DNA of 64,000 bases, from NCBI GenBank assembly GCA_965217865.1, contig CBDCJO010000002.1, positions 2,528,001 to 2,592,000 of the forward strand, given 5' to 3'. Each line of letters starts with the position of its first letter. Position 1 is the stretch's first letter. The notes beneath the pieces are model-generated. The model saw only the letters and a program-made list of their open reading frames with translations, ran no database searches and was not told the origin of the DNA. A program made the position numbers and the translations under genes. The stretch is from Candidatus Latescibacterota bacterium (lineage in GTDB: Bacteria > Latescibacterota > UBA2968 > SICM01). This document shows positions 21,204-31,368 of this stretch, in pieces.

Positions 21204-21887
21204 TCATTTCGTGGTAGACCAACCCCTCTCGTGAAAATAGACCCGGAGGCGTTCCGAAATGTCTTCAGGTAGAATCGGGATGGGGGGAAACCGCAATCGG
21301 GTTTCCCGTTCCTTTGCCGAGACATCCAAAGGATTCATCATTCCTAACCCCCCCGTGAGGCGGCCTTTTGAAACAAACCGGTTGTTGACCTGGCGAATGG
21401 AGGTGTTTGCCCGTTCGAGGACCTCAAGATACCTTGAGATAAAGACATTGACCCGGTCGTTGTATCGGGTTGCGATCAAGCGAAGGTTTTCCGCGTTGCG
21501 AATGGCTTGGCTCAGGTCCGGGTGAGGTCCATCCGAGGGTTCGGCAAAACAGGGGGGAAATGCCGGCAGATCAAATCGGCTTAATAGTGTTGCACGGTCC
21601 TGAAAACAGGTGACCAGGGGGATGGATAGACGGCGGATCTCCTCCTGGAATACCTGTAGGGCCTTCCCTTCCCTGTCGGTGAGAACTTGGGCGGCCTCTT
21701 CCAGGTCTTCCGCTTCCTTTCGTCCTTGAAGGTGGTCGGGGAGAATTCGATTATCCATGAGGAGCCTGTCCGCCACACGGTTTTCCGGATCGCTCGAAAA
21801 GTAATCCCCCAAGTCTACCGGCCGCCCCTTGCCCGGAAGGTTATCAAACTCCCCTCTTGCAGCCGCATCCCGCAGGGTTTCATCCAC
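21204..21887 (-). CDS. DUF1992 domain protein
   Basis: ARGEFDNLPGKGRP motif. Confidence 0.75.
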   Translation of the reverse strand: MDETLRDAAARGEFDNLPGKGRPVDLGDYFSSDPENRVADRLLMDNRILPDHLQGRKEAEDLEEAAQVLTDREGKALQVFQEEIRRLSIPLVTCFQDRATLLSRFDLPAFPPCFAEPSDGPHPDLSQAIRNAENLRLIATRYNDRVNVFISRYLEVLERANTSIRQVNNRFVSKGRLTGGLGMMNPLDVSAKERETRLRFPPIPILPEDISERLRVYFHERGWSTTK

Positions 21888-22014
21888 ACCGCGGGGTTCG
21901 GGATGCCCATCGGCTTTCCTGAACTTCCGCTTGTTTCCTCCGTGATCGATCTCCTTTCACTTCCCCTTTAAATTGCTTCCATCGGCCAGAACAAACCTTC
22001 CGATTCTGAGGCCT

Positions 22015-23439
22015 TCACGATCGGCTTCCCCGGCTACGCTTTGCACGCCGTTTCCCCCTCCCCTTTGCCTGAAGCTTTTCAGCCGACCCGGGTGACCCGA
22101 TGTGAAGGGTATCGTAAGCCTCTTGCGATGTGGTAAAGGGGCCCCGGTCCTTTCCGTGCCAATTCAAATTGGTATACATCGGGTTCGGTTTGCGGGTCTC
22201 TCGCTCCCTTTTCTGAACCCAGGCCTCCATTCGGCCCTTCAAATAGGTAACCGTATCGGGTTCTTTTTCAACAAGGTTTACAAGCTCCGCGGGATCCTCG
22301 ATGAGGTTGTAGAGTTCGGTCCGGGGTTTGAAATGAAAGTCTGGTTCCAGGGCTTCAATCAGTTTCCATTCGGGCGTCCGCCATCCGTGTTTTCGCATCC
22401 AGGTGCACTCAGTGATATAAAATTCGGGATAGTTTGAGATTCGCCGGCCCCGGATTAAGGGCAGCATGCTCTTTCCGTCAAACCGGTCCCTTCCACGGAG
22501 ACCCATCAGTCCGAGGAGGGTCGGTACCAGATCCATGTGAAGGGCGGTCCCCGGAACCCGTAGACCATCCGGGAGGTGGCCGGGCCACTTCATGATCAAA
22601 GGAACGTGCAGGGTGCATTCGTAGAGGCCGTGATGATCGAAATAGCAGTCGTGATCCATCAGGGTTTCTCCGTGATCGCCGTTCAGAACGATCAGGGTCT
22701 CCCCTGCCAGACCCAGTTCTTCAACCCGGGTCAACAGCCGCTGGATGCAGGCGTCCATGTATGCGATGGCTGCATCGTATTGAGCGACCACAAATTCTGC
22801 GTCCGTGATGCCCGGCGGCATCCAGGTTGCGAAATAGTCGCGGAATGGTTTGAAGGCCATGACCGGTTCCATCGAAGCATTCGATCGATCGCATTCGTCC
22901 CGGCTGTAAAACATCCGATCGAACGGGGAAGGGGGCAGGTAGGGAGAATGAGGTTCCATGTGCCGAAGAAAGAGAAAAAAAGGCTTGGGACCCGATGCCA
23001 GACGTTCCAGCTCCGGGATCGTGATCTCGTTCAGGTTCTCAGCTTTAGTCAGGGGCCGTTCGGGCCAGGCCCCCCAGCCTTTATAATCCAGATAGACATC
23101 GAAACCCCTCGAACCCGGATTTCCCGAGAAACCCACGCAGACCGTTTCATAACCCGCATCCCGGAGGATTTCAGGGAGCGTTCTCACATCCGGGGTGAGT
23201 TCTCCCTGGTGTCGAAGGGCAACGACCTGAGTGGAAAAACAGTCCATGCCGGTCAACATCGATGCGTATGCGGACGTCGTGGGAATGTGGGGACAGAAGT
23301 ACTGCTCGAAAAGGACACCCTGAGATGCCAACCGATCGATGTGAGGCGTCGTCAACCGCCCGTATCCGTAACAGCTCATATGGTCAGCCCACAGGCTGTC
23401 TACTCCGAACAAAATCAGGTTTGGCCTTTTCCGAGCCAC
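22015..23439 (-). CDS. Sulfatase-like hydrolase (alkaline phosphatase superfamily)
   Basis: PNLILFGVDSL.ADH, TTPHIDRLA, PHSPY, DHGE, HVPLI motifs. Confidence 0.85.
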   Translation of the reverse strand: MARKRPNLILFGVDSLWADHMSCYGYGRLTTPHIDRLASQGVLFEQYFCPHIPTTSAYASMLTGMDCFSTQVVALRHQGELTPDVRTLPEILRDAGYETVCVGFSGNPGSRGFDVYLDYKGWGAWPERPLTKAENLNEITIPELERLASGPKPFFLFLRHMEPHSPYLPPSPFDRMFYSRDECDRSNASMEPVMAFKPFRDYFATWMPPGITDAEFVVAQYDAAIAYMDACIQRLLTRVEELGLAGETLIVLNGDHGETLMDHDCYFDHHGLYECTLHVPLIMKWPGHLPDGLRVPGTALHMDLVPTLLGLMGLRGRDRFDGKSMLPLIRGRRISNYPEFYITECTWMRKHGWRTPEWKLIEALEPDFHFKPRTELYNLIEDPAELVNLVEKEPDTVTYLKGRMEAWVQKRERETRKPNPMYTNLNWHGKDRGPFTTSQEAYDTLHIGSPGSAEKLQAKGRGKRRAKRSRGSRS

Positions 23440-23455
23440 GGACCGATCCCCCCTC

Positions 23456-23914
23456 TCATCCCCCGGACAGTTTTTTTCGATAGTTCATCAACTGGGCGTT
23501 GACATCTTCATCGAACAACGCGATGATCTGGGCGGCAAGGATGCCGGCGTTGCGCGCGTTATCGATTCCCACCGTGGCCACGGGGATCCCAGGAGGCATC
23601 TGTACGATCGCGTAAAGGGAATCGACTCCGTTCAACGCCCCGGACGCGACCGGAACACCGATGATCGGAAGATGCGTGTGGGCGGCCAATACCCCGGGGA
23701 GAGCTGCGGCCAGGCCCGCCCCGGCAATCAGGACCTTCAAGCCCCGAGATGAGGCTGTCTTCGCATATTCGGCCGTCCGATCGGGGTTGCGGTGGGCGGA
23801 GCAAACCTTCATCTCATACGGAATGTTCAGCTCTTCGAGGATGTCGGAGGCCTTGTTCATCTTCTCCTGGTCCGAAGCACTCCCCATCAGAATGCCGACA
23901 ACTGGGTTCCCCAT
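23456..23914 (-). CDS. purE: N5-CAIR mutase
   Basis: GILMGSASD, SAHR, AGAGLAAALPG, VQMPPGIPVATV motifs. Confidence 0.95.
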   Translation of the reverse strand: MGNPVVGILMGSASDQEKMNKASDILEELNIPYEMKVCSAHRNPDRTAEYAKTASSRGLKVLIAGAGLAAALPGVLAAHTHLPIIGVPVASGALNGVDSLYAIVQMPPGIPVATVGIDNARNAGILAAQIIALFDEDVNAQLMNYRKKLSGG

Positions 23915-23925
23915 TTTATGCCCTT

Positions 23926-25212
23926 TCATTTATTTCCCGAGAGCCGTTTAAGGGCTCGGCGGCCGATATCTCTTCTATAGTACATGCCTTCGAAGTGGAT
24001 GTATTGAATGGCCTCGTATGTCTTCGCGATGGCAGATGGGAGGTCCGAGGCACGAGCGGATAGACCCAGGACGCGGCCCCCGGCGGTGGAAATCTGGGAC
24101 CTGGATCGGGAAGTCGCGGCGTGAAAAACGAAGGTTTCTCCGATCTTCGAGACCTCATCCAGCCCGGAGATGACACGTCCCTTCGGATAGTCCCCTGGAT
24201 AGCCTTCTGAGGCGGCGACCACGCACGCCGCCCCCCGGCGTGGAGGGGATAGACGAATGTCCTTTACCCGGTTTTCCAGAACTGCCATAGAGATGTCCAG
24301 GAGGTCCTCCTCCAGAATCGGTAGGACCACCTGAGTCTCCGGATCGCCAAAACGGCAGTTGAATTCGATCACCTTTGGTCCGTCAACCGTCAGGATGATT
24401 CCCGCATAAAGGACCCCCTTGTAAAGGCGCCCATCCGCCTTCAGCGCTCGGAGGGTCGGAAGAATGATGCGCTTTTTAACGTCGGACATGACATCTTCAG
24501 TGACAATCGGGGTCGGGGCATAGGCACCCATTCCCCCTGTGTTCGGACCCTTGTCGCCGTCGAAAACCCGTTTGTGATCCTGAGCGGGGGCAAGAATGGC
24601 GACCTCCTCTCCGTCCGTGATCGCAAATATCGACGCTTCCTCGCCTTCCAGGTAGTCCATGATGACGAGGGTATTGCCGGCCGAACCGAAATCGCCCTGA
24701 TCCAGGATCCTGTGGACAGTCTGTTTCGCCTCGTTGATCGTGCAGCACACGATGGCCCCCTTGCCGGCTGCGAGGCCGTCGACTTTGACGACAATCGGAG
24801 GGTCCTTAAGGGCCAGATAGGCCTCCGCGCTCCTCGAGTCGGTGAAGGTCGCGTAGTCCGCTGTGGGAATGCCGTGACGATGCATCAAGTCCAGCGCGAA
24901 CATCTTGCTGGATTCGATCTCCGCCGCCCGTCTGGAGGGCCCGAAAATTTTCATCCCCGCCCCTTCGAACAGATCCACGATTCCAGCGGCAAGCGGGTCC
25001 TCCGGTCCGACGACGGTCAGATCGATTTCCAGTCGCTTGGAAAGGGCAAGAAGACCCTCCAGATCTGTCGTCGGGACAGGAAAACACTCCGCGAGTTCCG
25101 CCATTCCAGGGTTCCCGGGAGCCGCATACAAGCGCGTTAGCTTCTCACTCTGTTTCAGCTTCCAGCAGAGGGCGTGTTCTCGGCCCCCCGAACCGATGAC
25201 CAGAACGCGCAC
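23926..25212 (-). CDS. purD: Phosphoribosylamine--glycine ligase
   Basis: GSGGREHA, QDHKR, GPNTGGMG, EFNCRFGDPE motifs. Confidence 0.97.
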   Translation of the reverse strand: MRVLVIGSGGREHALCWKLKQSEKLTRLYAAPGNPGMAELAECFPVPTTDLEGLLALSKRLEIDLTVVGPEDPLAAGIVDLFEGAGMKIFGPSRRAAEIESSKMFALDLMHRHGIPTADYATFTDSRSAEAYLALKDPPIVVKVDGLAAGKGAIVCCTINEAKQTVHRILDQGDFGSAGNTLVIMDYLEGEEASIFAITDGEEVAILAPAQDHKRVFDGDKGPNTGGMGAYAPTPIVTEDVMSDVKKRIILPTLRALKADGRLYKGVLYAGIILTVDGPKVIEFNCRFGDPETQVVLPILEEDLLDISMAVLENRVKDIRLSPPRRGAACVVAASEGYPGDYPKGRVISGLDEVSKIGETFVFHAATSRSRSQISTAGGRVLGLSARASDLPSAIAKTYEAIQYIHFEGMYYRRDIGRRALKRLSGNK

Positions 25213-25268
25213 GGGAGCCTCCCAGTTTGACCGTTAAAAAAGCAATCAGCTTCTCGGGGTGATTTCGA

Positions 25269-26318
25269 TTAGAAATACTTCGTAACCGTATCCATCTCCT
25301 GATCGCGGCTTCCCATCAGTCGTTCGATCGCCTGCTCTGCGCCCAGGCCTTCGTGGACGAGTCCTGTCACCGCCAGGGAGACGGCCAGCGGATCGTCGTT
25401 GCCGGGATGGTGGACATTCCGGCCGACCAGCGCGCCTCGTATTGAGTGGCCGACCCTCATCCCCTGGGCAAAATCCTGGATAACCGGCGATGGGTCCCCC
25501 GAGCATGCTCCTCCGAGCATGAGCACGGGGAGGGTGGTGGCCTTCGCTACATACTCAAACCGATCACAATAAGGGATCTTGAGCCAGGTGCCCGCAGAGG
25601 ACTCTCCCAGGGCGGAGGCCACACCCATCAGCTTGACCAGTTCTTCCGCTTCCTTTTGAACCTCATAGCCATCCGAAGTCCTTTGTGTCGGAAGAGGTTC
25701 GAGGAAAATCGGGAGTCCCGCCCGGTGGCAATCCGTCACCGCATTGGCCGCGGCCGTCAGCGTATGCAGGGAGCCACGGTCTGACAGATCCACTCTGAGA
25801 AGGACCTTTCCGGCGTCCATGCGATAGCGCACCATACCCGCCACGGTATGACCCGTGAATGTGTCGTCCATCTCGAACGATGATCCTACTATCCCCCCTC
25901 CATTCATGGAACCGACCAGAAGGCGATCGTCCAGGAGTGGAGGTGCGCCAACCCGCTTGAACAGATGGCTGAGAATCAAGAGTTCGTCCAAGATATCGGG
26001 GGAGGCAAGGACGCCATCGCAATCCGGGTTGAGGAGGACACGCAGGGTTCGTCCCAGGAATGAACGGCGGTCCCCCATAATCAGAGGATCCCCGCCAGAT
26101 GCGGTAACACGATGTGCCGGGTGGTCCGCCGCGAGGATCATCAGTTTGCCAGAGTCTCCCGTGAATCGAGGTCGGCGGCGGCGCGCGGAGGCCTCCTGAA
26201 GGATGATCTCTGGATGTTTCACCCGAACGTTGGTGATCGCTTGAAACAGAGAATCCGGGAAGAAGGATCCCAGATCGAATTTGTAACTGCCGATGTTGTA
26301 GCTCACACGAACCTCCAT
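25269..26318 (-). CDS. Class I aldolase-like TIM-barrel protein (Cgl0159/DhnA-like)
   Basis: ILAADHPA, GSMN.GG, WLKIPY, ALVGRN motifs. Confidence 0.75.
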   Translation of the reverse strand: MEVRVSYNIGSYKFDLGSFFPDSLFQAITNVRVKHPEIILQEASARRRRPRFTGDSGKLMILAADHPAHRVTASGGDPLIMGDRRSFLGRTLRVLLNPDCDGVLASPDILDELLILSHLFKRVGAPPLLDDRLLVGSMNGGGIVGSSFEMDDTFTGHTVAGMVRYRMDAGKVLLRVDLSDRGSLHTLTAAANAVTDCHRAGLPIFLEPLPTQRTSDGYEVQKEAEELVKLMGVASALGESSAGTWLKIPYCDRFEYVAKATTLPVLMLGGACSGDPSPVIQDFAQGMRVGHSIRGALVGRNVHHPGNDDPLAVSLAVTGLVHEGLGAEQAIERLMGSRDQEMDTVTKYF

Positions 26319-26366
26319 AGGACAATCGATCCCAAAAACAACCCGGTTGTTTTTGACGCGGAAAAC

Positions 26367-27422
26367 TTATGGTTTCGCTCGTATTAGTCCCGATGCATCA
26401 TCCGTGACGCATCCAATTGGACTTGCGGCCGGCGTCCCTGCGGCGCGTAAAGCTTCGAGCAGCCCCTCCGTACGGTCTTCCGCTACGGACAACAGCAGGC
26501 CCCCTGAGGTCTGAGCATCGCAGAGCAAAAGTCGATCGTTCTCCGTCAGGGACGGGTCGAAGGACACATCGGGGCTGATCTGTTCCAGATTGTTATAGGT
26601 GCCTCCCGGTGCCATGTCCTGGGTCATCAGTTCGTGTACCCCGGGCAGAATCGGTACATCTCCCAGGCTGACCGTGACCCCCACCCCGCTCCCTGCGGCC
26701 ATCCCTCGCAAATGCCCAAGCAGTCCATACCCGGTGATATCCGTGCAGGCGTTTACCCCAACCTCAAGGGCCGCAGTGCACGCCGCCTGATTGAGGGTTG
26801 CCATGACCTCAATCGCCCGATCGATCATCTCCTTGGAAGCCGCTCCTCGCTTGATCGCCGTGCTGATGATCCCCGTCCCGATAGGTTTGGTCAGGACGAG
26901 GCGGTCCCCCGGCTTCGAACCCGCATTTGTGAGAATACGATCCGGATCTATCTTCCCCACAACGAACATGCCGTACTTGGGCTCCGGATCGTCTATGGTG
27001 TGGCCTCCGGAGACAAAGATACCCGCCTCCAAAGCCTTATCCGATCCACCGTGCAGAATATCGCCCAGGACATCGAGCGAGAGATCCGGCGATGCCTTCG
27101 GAAAGCCCACCACATTCAGAGCCGTTATGGGCTGCCCCCCCATCGCATACACATCGCTCAGGGCATTTGCAGCCGCAATCTGACCGAATGTGTAGGGATC
27201 GTCCACGACGGGTGTGAAATAGTCCACCGTCAGCACGATCGCCTCACGGTCATTAATCCTGTAAACAGATGCATCGTCCGCAGTCTCAGTTCCGACGAGG
27301 AGATTGGGGTCGTTGATTTTTGGGAGATGGCGCAGCACGTGCGACCTGAGGTCTTGAAGACCGATCTTGCACGCTCAACCGGCGCCGTGACTAAACGCGG
27401 TAAGCCGAACACCTGAAGGCAT
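26367..27422 (-). CDS. selD: Selenide,water dikinase containing selenocysteine (UGA at codon 16)
   Basis: MPSGVRLTAFSHGAG-TGA-ACKIG reads in frame into ADDA...DYFTP...DAQTSGGLL; TGA at 27375-27377. Confidence 0.95.
27337..27374 (-). promoter_or_regulatory. Bacterial SECIS hairpin immediately 3' of the selD UGA
   Basis: GCGTGC-AA-GATC-GGTCT-TCA-AGACC-TCA-GGTC-GCACG folds into one long stem-loop. Confidence 0.75.
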
Positions 27423-27809
27423 TGAACCCCCTAAAGAGACCTGAACCCCGGAAGGCACGCGACGGGTCCGAATGGAGATAGAGATCCTTGGAAACGGGAT
27501 CTAGGGGTGGTCGGAATACCAATATAATGGGAATTATATACTTGACAAAGGCTATTTGCTTTATCCCAAAATGTTGAGTTTTTTGCGAAAGTTTCGCAGA
27601 ATGCCCCGTCCTTTGGCCGGAGATCGTCCGATTCGAGCGATTTCTTTACCTGATTTTTGATGTCCTGTTTCTATATTTGTCGGCATGGGGACTGCCAACA
27701 GATTGTTTGAGTAGACAGAGCCTTCATCACTATCATGACTTTATCAAGTATATAATCACCAATATAATAGAAACTCCAAAATTCGCCAAGCTTCTCATTT
27801 CTGAAGGGG

Positions 27810-27838
27810 TTGACAAAGAAGAAGGAAGGCATTATCAT
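27810..27838 (+). promoter_or_regulatory. Sigma-70-type promoter
   Basis: TTGACA-17 bp-TATCAT upstream of the 27893 ORF. Confidence 0.6.
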
Positions 27839-27892
27839 CACACTCTGTTGGTAGGGAGGTATCAAAAGACCTTACGAAAGGAGAACCTGTAG

Positions 27893-28876
27893 ATGGCCCG
27901 CAAAGTGCTCGTTACAGACTATGCCTGGCCCGACCTGGAGATCGAGAAAAAGATCCTGGGGGAGATCGGATACGAGGTCGTAGCGTCCCCTGACGGAGAG
28001 GAAGGAACCCTTGCGGACCTTGCCCGAGATGTGGAAGGTATAATGACGTGTTGGGCGCGGACAACCCGGAAGGTGATCGAAGCCGCCCCCGAACTCCGTG
28101 TGATCTCCCGCTACGGCATCGGACTTGACAACATCGACGTGGCCTTCGCAACCGAGCGGGGAGTACCCGTCACGCGCGTGCCCGCATACTGCCTGGAAGA
28201 CGTTGCGGAACACACGTTGGCCCTCCTGTTGACCCTCTCCAGAAAGACCGCGCTTTTCGATCGGCGCATCCGGTCTACCGTTTGGGACATCCAGGAAGGT
28301 GCTCCCCTGAACCGGTTGTCCGGCCGTGTGCTGGGTCTGGTCGGGTTCGGTAAGATCGCCCGCTACGTTGTCCCCAGGGCGGCGGCATTCGGCCTTGAGG
28401 TAATCGCCCACTCACCCTCTTTGACCCCGGAAGCCGCAGGAAGCGGGGGTGCGCGCGCCGTCGACCTGGAGATCCTGCTGTCTACTTCCGACTTTGTCTC
28501 CCTTCACTGTCCCTCAAACGATCAGACCCGTGGCCTGATCAACGCGGACCGGATCAGCCTGATGAAGCCGACCGCGTTTCTGATCAACACCTCGCGAGGA
28601 GACATCGTCGATGAAGATGCCCTTTACCAGGCCCTTCAGTCCGAACGGATCGCGGGAGCCGCCCTGGACGTTCGAGGGCAGGAACCCCCGGAGAAAGAAG
28701 ACCCTCTGATCGACCTGGAAAATGTCATCCATACGCCTCACGCGGCTTTCTACTCCACCGAATCGCTGGAGGAACTTCAAACCAAGACGACTTGGGAGTG
28801 TCGCCGTCTGTTGACCGGGCTGGAGCCGGAAAATCTGGTGAACCCAGAGTATCGGTCCCGAAGAAACGGAACCTGA
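27893..28876 (+). CDS. D-2-hydroxyacid dehydrogenase (SerA/CtBP-like)
   Basis: RYGIGLDNID, GLVGFGKI, INTSRG, TPHAAFYS motifs. Confidence 0.9.
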   Translation: MARKVLVTDYAWPDLEIEKKILGEIGYEVVASPDGEEGTLADLARDVEGIMTCWARTTRKVIEAAPELRVISRYGIGLDNIDVAFATERGVPVTRVPAYCLEDVAEHTLALLLTLSRKTALFDRRIRSTVWDIQEGAPLNRLSGRVLGLVGFGKIARYVVPRAAAFGLEVIAHSPSLTPEAAGSGGARAVDLEILLSTSDFVSLHCPSNDQTRGLINADRISLMKPTAFLINTSRGDIVDEDALYQALQSERIAGAALDVRGQEPPEKEDPLIDLENVIHTPHAAFYSTESLEELQTKTTWECRRLLTGLEPENLVNPEYRSRRNGT

Positions 28877-28969
28877 AATCAAAACCCGGGAGTGGAATCG
28901 AGGGCAAAAAAAACGCCCCTGATCATATCAGATGGCGTGTGTAAAACCGGACCTTGTGAAAAATTGGGA

Positions 28970-29404
28970 TTATTGGCCTCCCTCTTCCGGAACCAAGGTG
29001 GGCAAGAGGGCTGAGGACCCCGAGGCCTCCTCGGCCTCTTCGACCGCCTCACCGGCGCCCGCGATCCGTTTATCGTTCATCTCCTTCATCACCTGAACTA
29101 CGAGTACCCGCACCTTCACACTCCGGTCGTTCAATGCCTCCTTCAGGTGGCGGTTGCTATATTTCGGATCGATGTTTCCGAGGGTTTTAACCGCCTCCAT
29201 CCGGATATCCTCGTTTTTATCTTTAAGTGCAATGGCCAACACCCGCGCGCTCCACATCTGATTCTCCGGGGTGTCCACCATACCCCCCAGCAACCGTACG
29301 GCATCCTTACGGACCACTGGATTTCGGTTCTTGAAGGGCTTTTTTAAGGACCTCTTCTGTGCTCGTCGATTCCTCCCCACCACCGACAAACGGGAGAAAT
29401 CCAC
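28970..29404 (-). CDS. HEAT-repeat protein
   Basis: ALKDKNEDIRMEAVKTLG and ALNDRSVKVR repeats. Confidence 0.7.
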   Translation of the reverse strand: MDFSRLSVVGRNRRAQKRSLKKPFKNRNPVVRKDAVRLLGGMVDTPENQMWSARVLAIALKDKNEDIRMEAVKTLGNIDPKYSNRHLKEALNDRSVKVRVLVVQVMKEMNDKRIAGAGEAVEEAEEASGSSALLPTLVPEEGGQ

Positions 29405-29477
29405 AACCCGTGAAAACCGGGGAGAAGATTATCATGACGGACAACAGGACAAATTTCTTCAAGGGATAACCTTTTTT

Positions 29478-30080
29478 TTATTTCAAGGGATCATCCGAAC
29501 CAACCGGATTCGCGTTTTCAACGTCGACGGGATCTGAATTCTCATCCCTGTCGGAACGCCAAAACCGAGAAAATTCTTCCACATAGGAAAGAGTTGACAT
29601 ATCCTTCATACGATCGAGGAATACGATTCCGTCGAGGTGGTCCACCTCGTGTTGAATGACTCGTGCGAAATAATCGTGAGCGACGAAATCAACCGCTTCT
29701 CCCTGTCGGCCTAACGCCTCGACTGAAATCGCACGCCACCGGGAAACCCGACCTCTCAGGTCCGGGAGACTTAAACATCCTTCCCAGTCCTCGGCGATTT
29801 CATCCCCGATGGGGGCCACCCTGGGGTTGATCAGGACTGTCGGTGGATCAAGGGTTCCCTCCCCTTCCTCCGATTCATCCTGGCTTTCGATCACGACGAT
29901 CCGATGGGGGTTATGTGTCTGCGGAGCCGCAAGACCCACCCCGTGATATTCTCGCATCGTCTCGACCATGTCATCGATCAAACCCTGAACATCACGTTCT
30001 TGAAGATCGAAACTGGAAAGAGGTTCTGCCCGTTCTCTCAGGATCGGATGACCCAGACGGGCAACCTTCAGGATCGACAC
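29478..30080 (-). CDS. def: Peptide deformylase
   Basis: GVGLAAPQ, EGCLS, QHEVDHLDG motifs. Confidence 0.95.
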   Translation of the reverse strand: MSILKVARLGHPILRERAEPLSSFDLQERDVQGLIDDMVETMREYHGVGLAAPQTHNPHRIVVIESQDESEEGEGTLDPPTVLINPRVAPIGDEIAEDWEGCLSLPDLRGRVSRWRAISVEALGRQGEAVDFVAHDYFARVIQHEVDHLDGIVFLDRMKDMSTLSYVEEFSRFWRSDRDENSDPVDVENANPVGSDDPLK

Positions 30081-30219
30081 GATATTGACGCCTCCTTCAC
30101 AAAACCCAAAGATTTATATAGCAAAATATAGACCAAATAATTTGGGCCGTCAAGAAAGTTTTGATCGCCTCCGTTTGCAAGCGTAAACCGGATTTTGATT
30201 CAATTTGGAGGAAATACCG

Positions 30220-30993
30220 ATGCCGGAGAGAGTCGCCCTCATCACAGGTGCAAGTCGGGGGATTGGGAGGGGAATTGCGGTCGAAGTCGCACGCGTGGGT
30301 TATGATGTCTTGGTGAACTACCGTACCAACCGGGAGGCCGCGGAGCAGACGAAGGCCTGCGTGGAAAAGGAGGGGAGGCGTGCAGCGATCTTTCAGGCGG
30401 ACGTCGCGGACCTTCAAGCCGCGGAACGTTTGGTCCGCTACACCGTCGAAACGTTCGGACGGATCGATCTGCTCGTCAACAACGCCGGAATCGCACCCAA
30501 AGTACGTGCCGATATCCTGGAAGCCAACCCTGAGAGTTTTGACGAGGTTTTGTCCACCAACCTCCGGGGACCATATTTTCTGACCCAGGCGGTGTCAAAT
30601 CGGATGATCGAGATGATCCGGGAGGGCATCCTAACCGCCCCAAAAATCGTGACCATCTCGTCGATTTCTGCCTACACCGCATCCACCTCTCGCGGGGAGT
30701 ATTGCGTATCAAAAGCAGGCGTGGGCATGTTGACCAAGTTGTTTTCCGACCGTCTGGCGGAATATGGAATCACGGTGAACGAAATACAACCTGGGCTCAT
30801 ACAAACCGACATGACCGGAGCGGTCCGCGACAAATACGACACCTTGATCTCGGAAGGTCTCACTCCTATCCGCCGATGGGGAATGCCTGAGGACGTCGGC
30901 CGCGCAGTGGCCGCAATTGCCTCCGGTTACTTCGACTTCACGACCGGGGCGGCGATTCCCGTGGACGGCGGCTTCCATTTAAGGAGATTGTAG
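30220..30993 (+). CDS. SDR family oxidoreductase
   Basis: [17 protein letters not shown] motifs. Confidence 0.9.
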   Translation: MPERVALITGASRGIGRGIAVEVARVGYDVLVNYRTNREAAEQTKACVEKEGRRAAIFQADVADLQAAERLVRYTVETFGRIDLLVNNAGIAPKVRADILEANPESFDEVLSTNLRGPYFLTQAVSNRMIEMIREGILTAPKIVTISSISAYTASTSRGEYCVSKAGVGMLTKLFSDRLAEYGITVNEIQPGLIQTDMTGAVRDKYDTLISEGLTPIRRWGMPEDVGRAVAAIASGYFDFTTGAAIPVDGGFHLRRL

Positions 30994-30994
30994 T

Positions 30995-31362
30995 TTGCGG
31001 ATTTTGGCGGTCGACGACTACGTCCCCCTCATGACCCTATTTCGGAGCCGTCCTGGACGACTGTCCTGAGCACGAGGTCGATACGGCGATCGACGGCCAA
31101 GAGGCCTTGAAAAAATGTGCCTCGGGTCCATACGACCTCATTATCCTGAACCTCAGGATTCGGAACGCAGACGGTTTGGGTTGCCTCTCCGCAATTCGAA
31201 AGCTCTTACCCCTGCAAGAAGGTCCTGGTCCTGACGGATGACGATCGGGCAGCGGCCTCCCTCCAAGGTCTCGGCATCCGTCCAGATTCTGTGATGGTTG
31301 GCCCTCTGGATCGGTCCCCCCTGGCGAAGCGCATCGGAGCTGCCTTAAAATCCAGGAGATGA
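30995..31362 (+). pseudogene. Degenerate single-domain response regulator (two frameshifts)
   Basis: AAGGAG RBS, TTG start; LRILAVDD / EVDTAIDGQEALKKCASGPYDLIILNL..RNADGLGCL / KKVLVLT...KSRR*. Confidence 0.6.
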
Positions 31363-31368
31363 AGGGTC

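Noticed and set aside
27670-27800. AT-rich patch with a 21-aa hydrophobic ORF on the minus strand (possible toxin or remnant)
   Set aside because: No recognisable motif or supporting context
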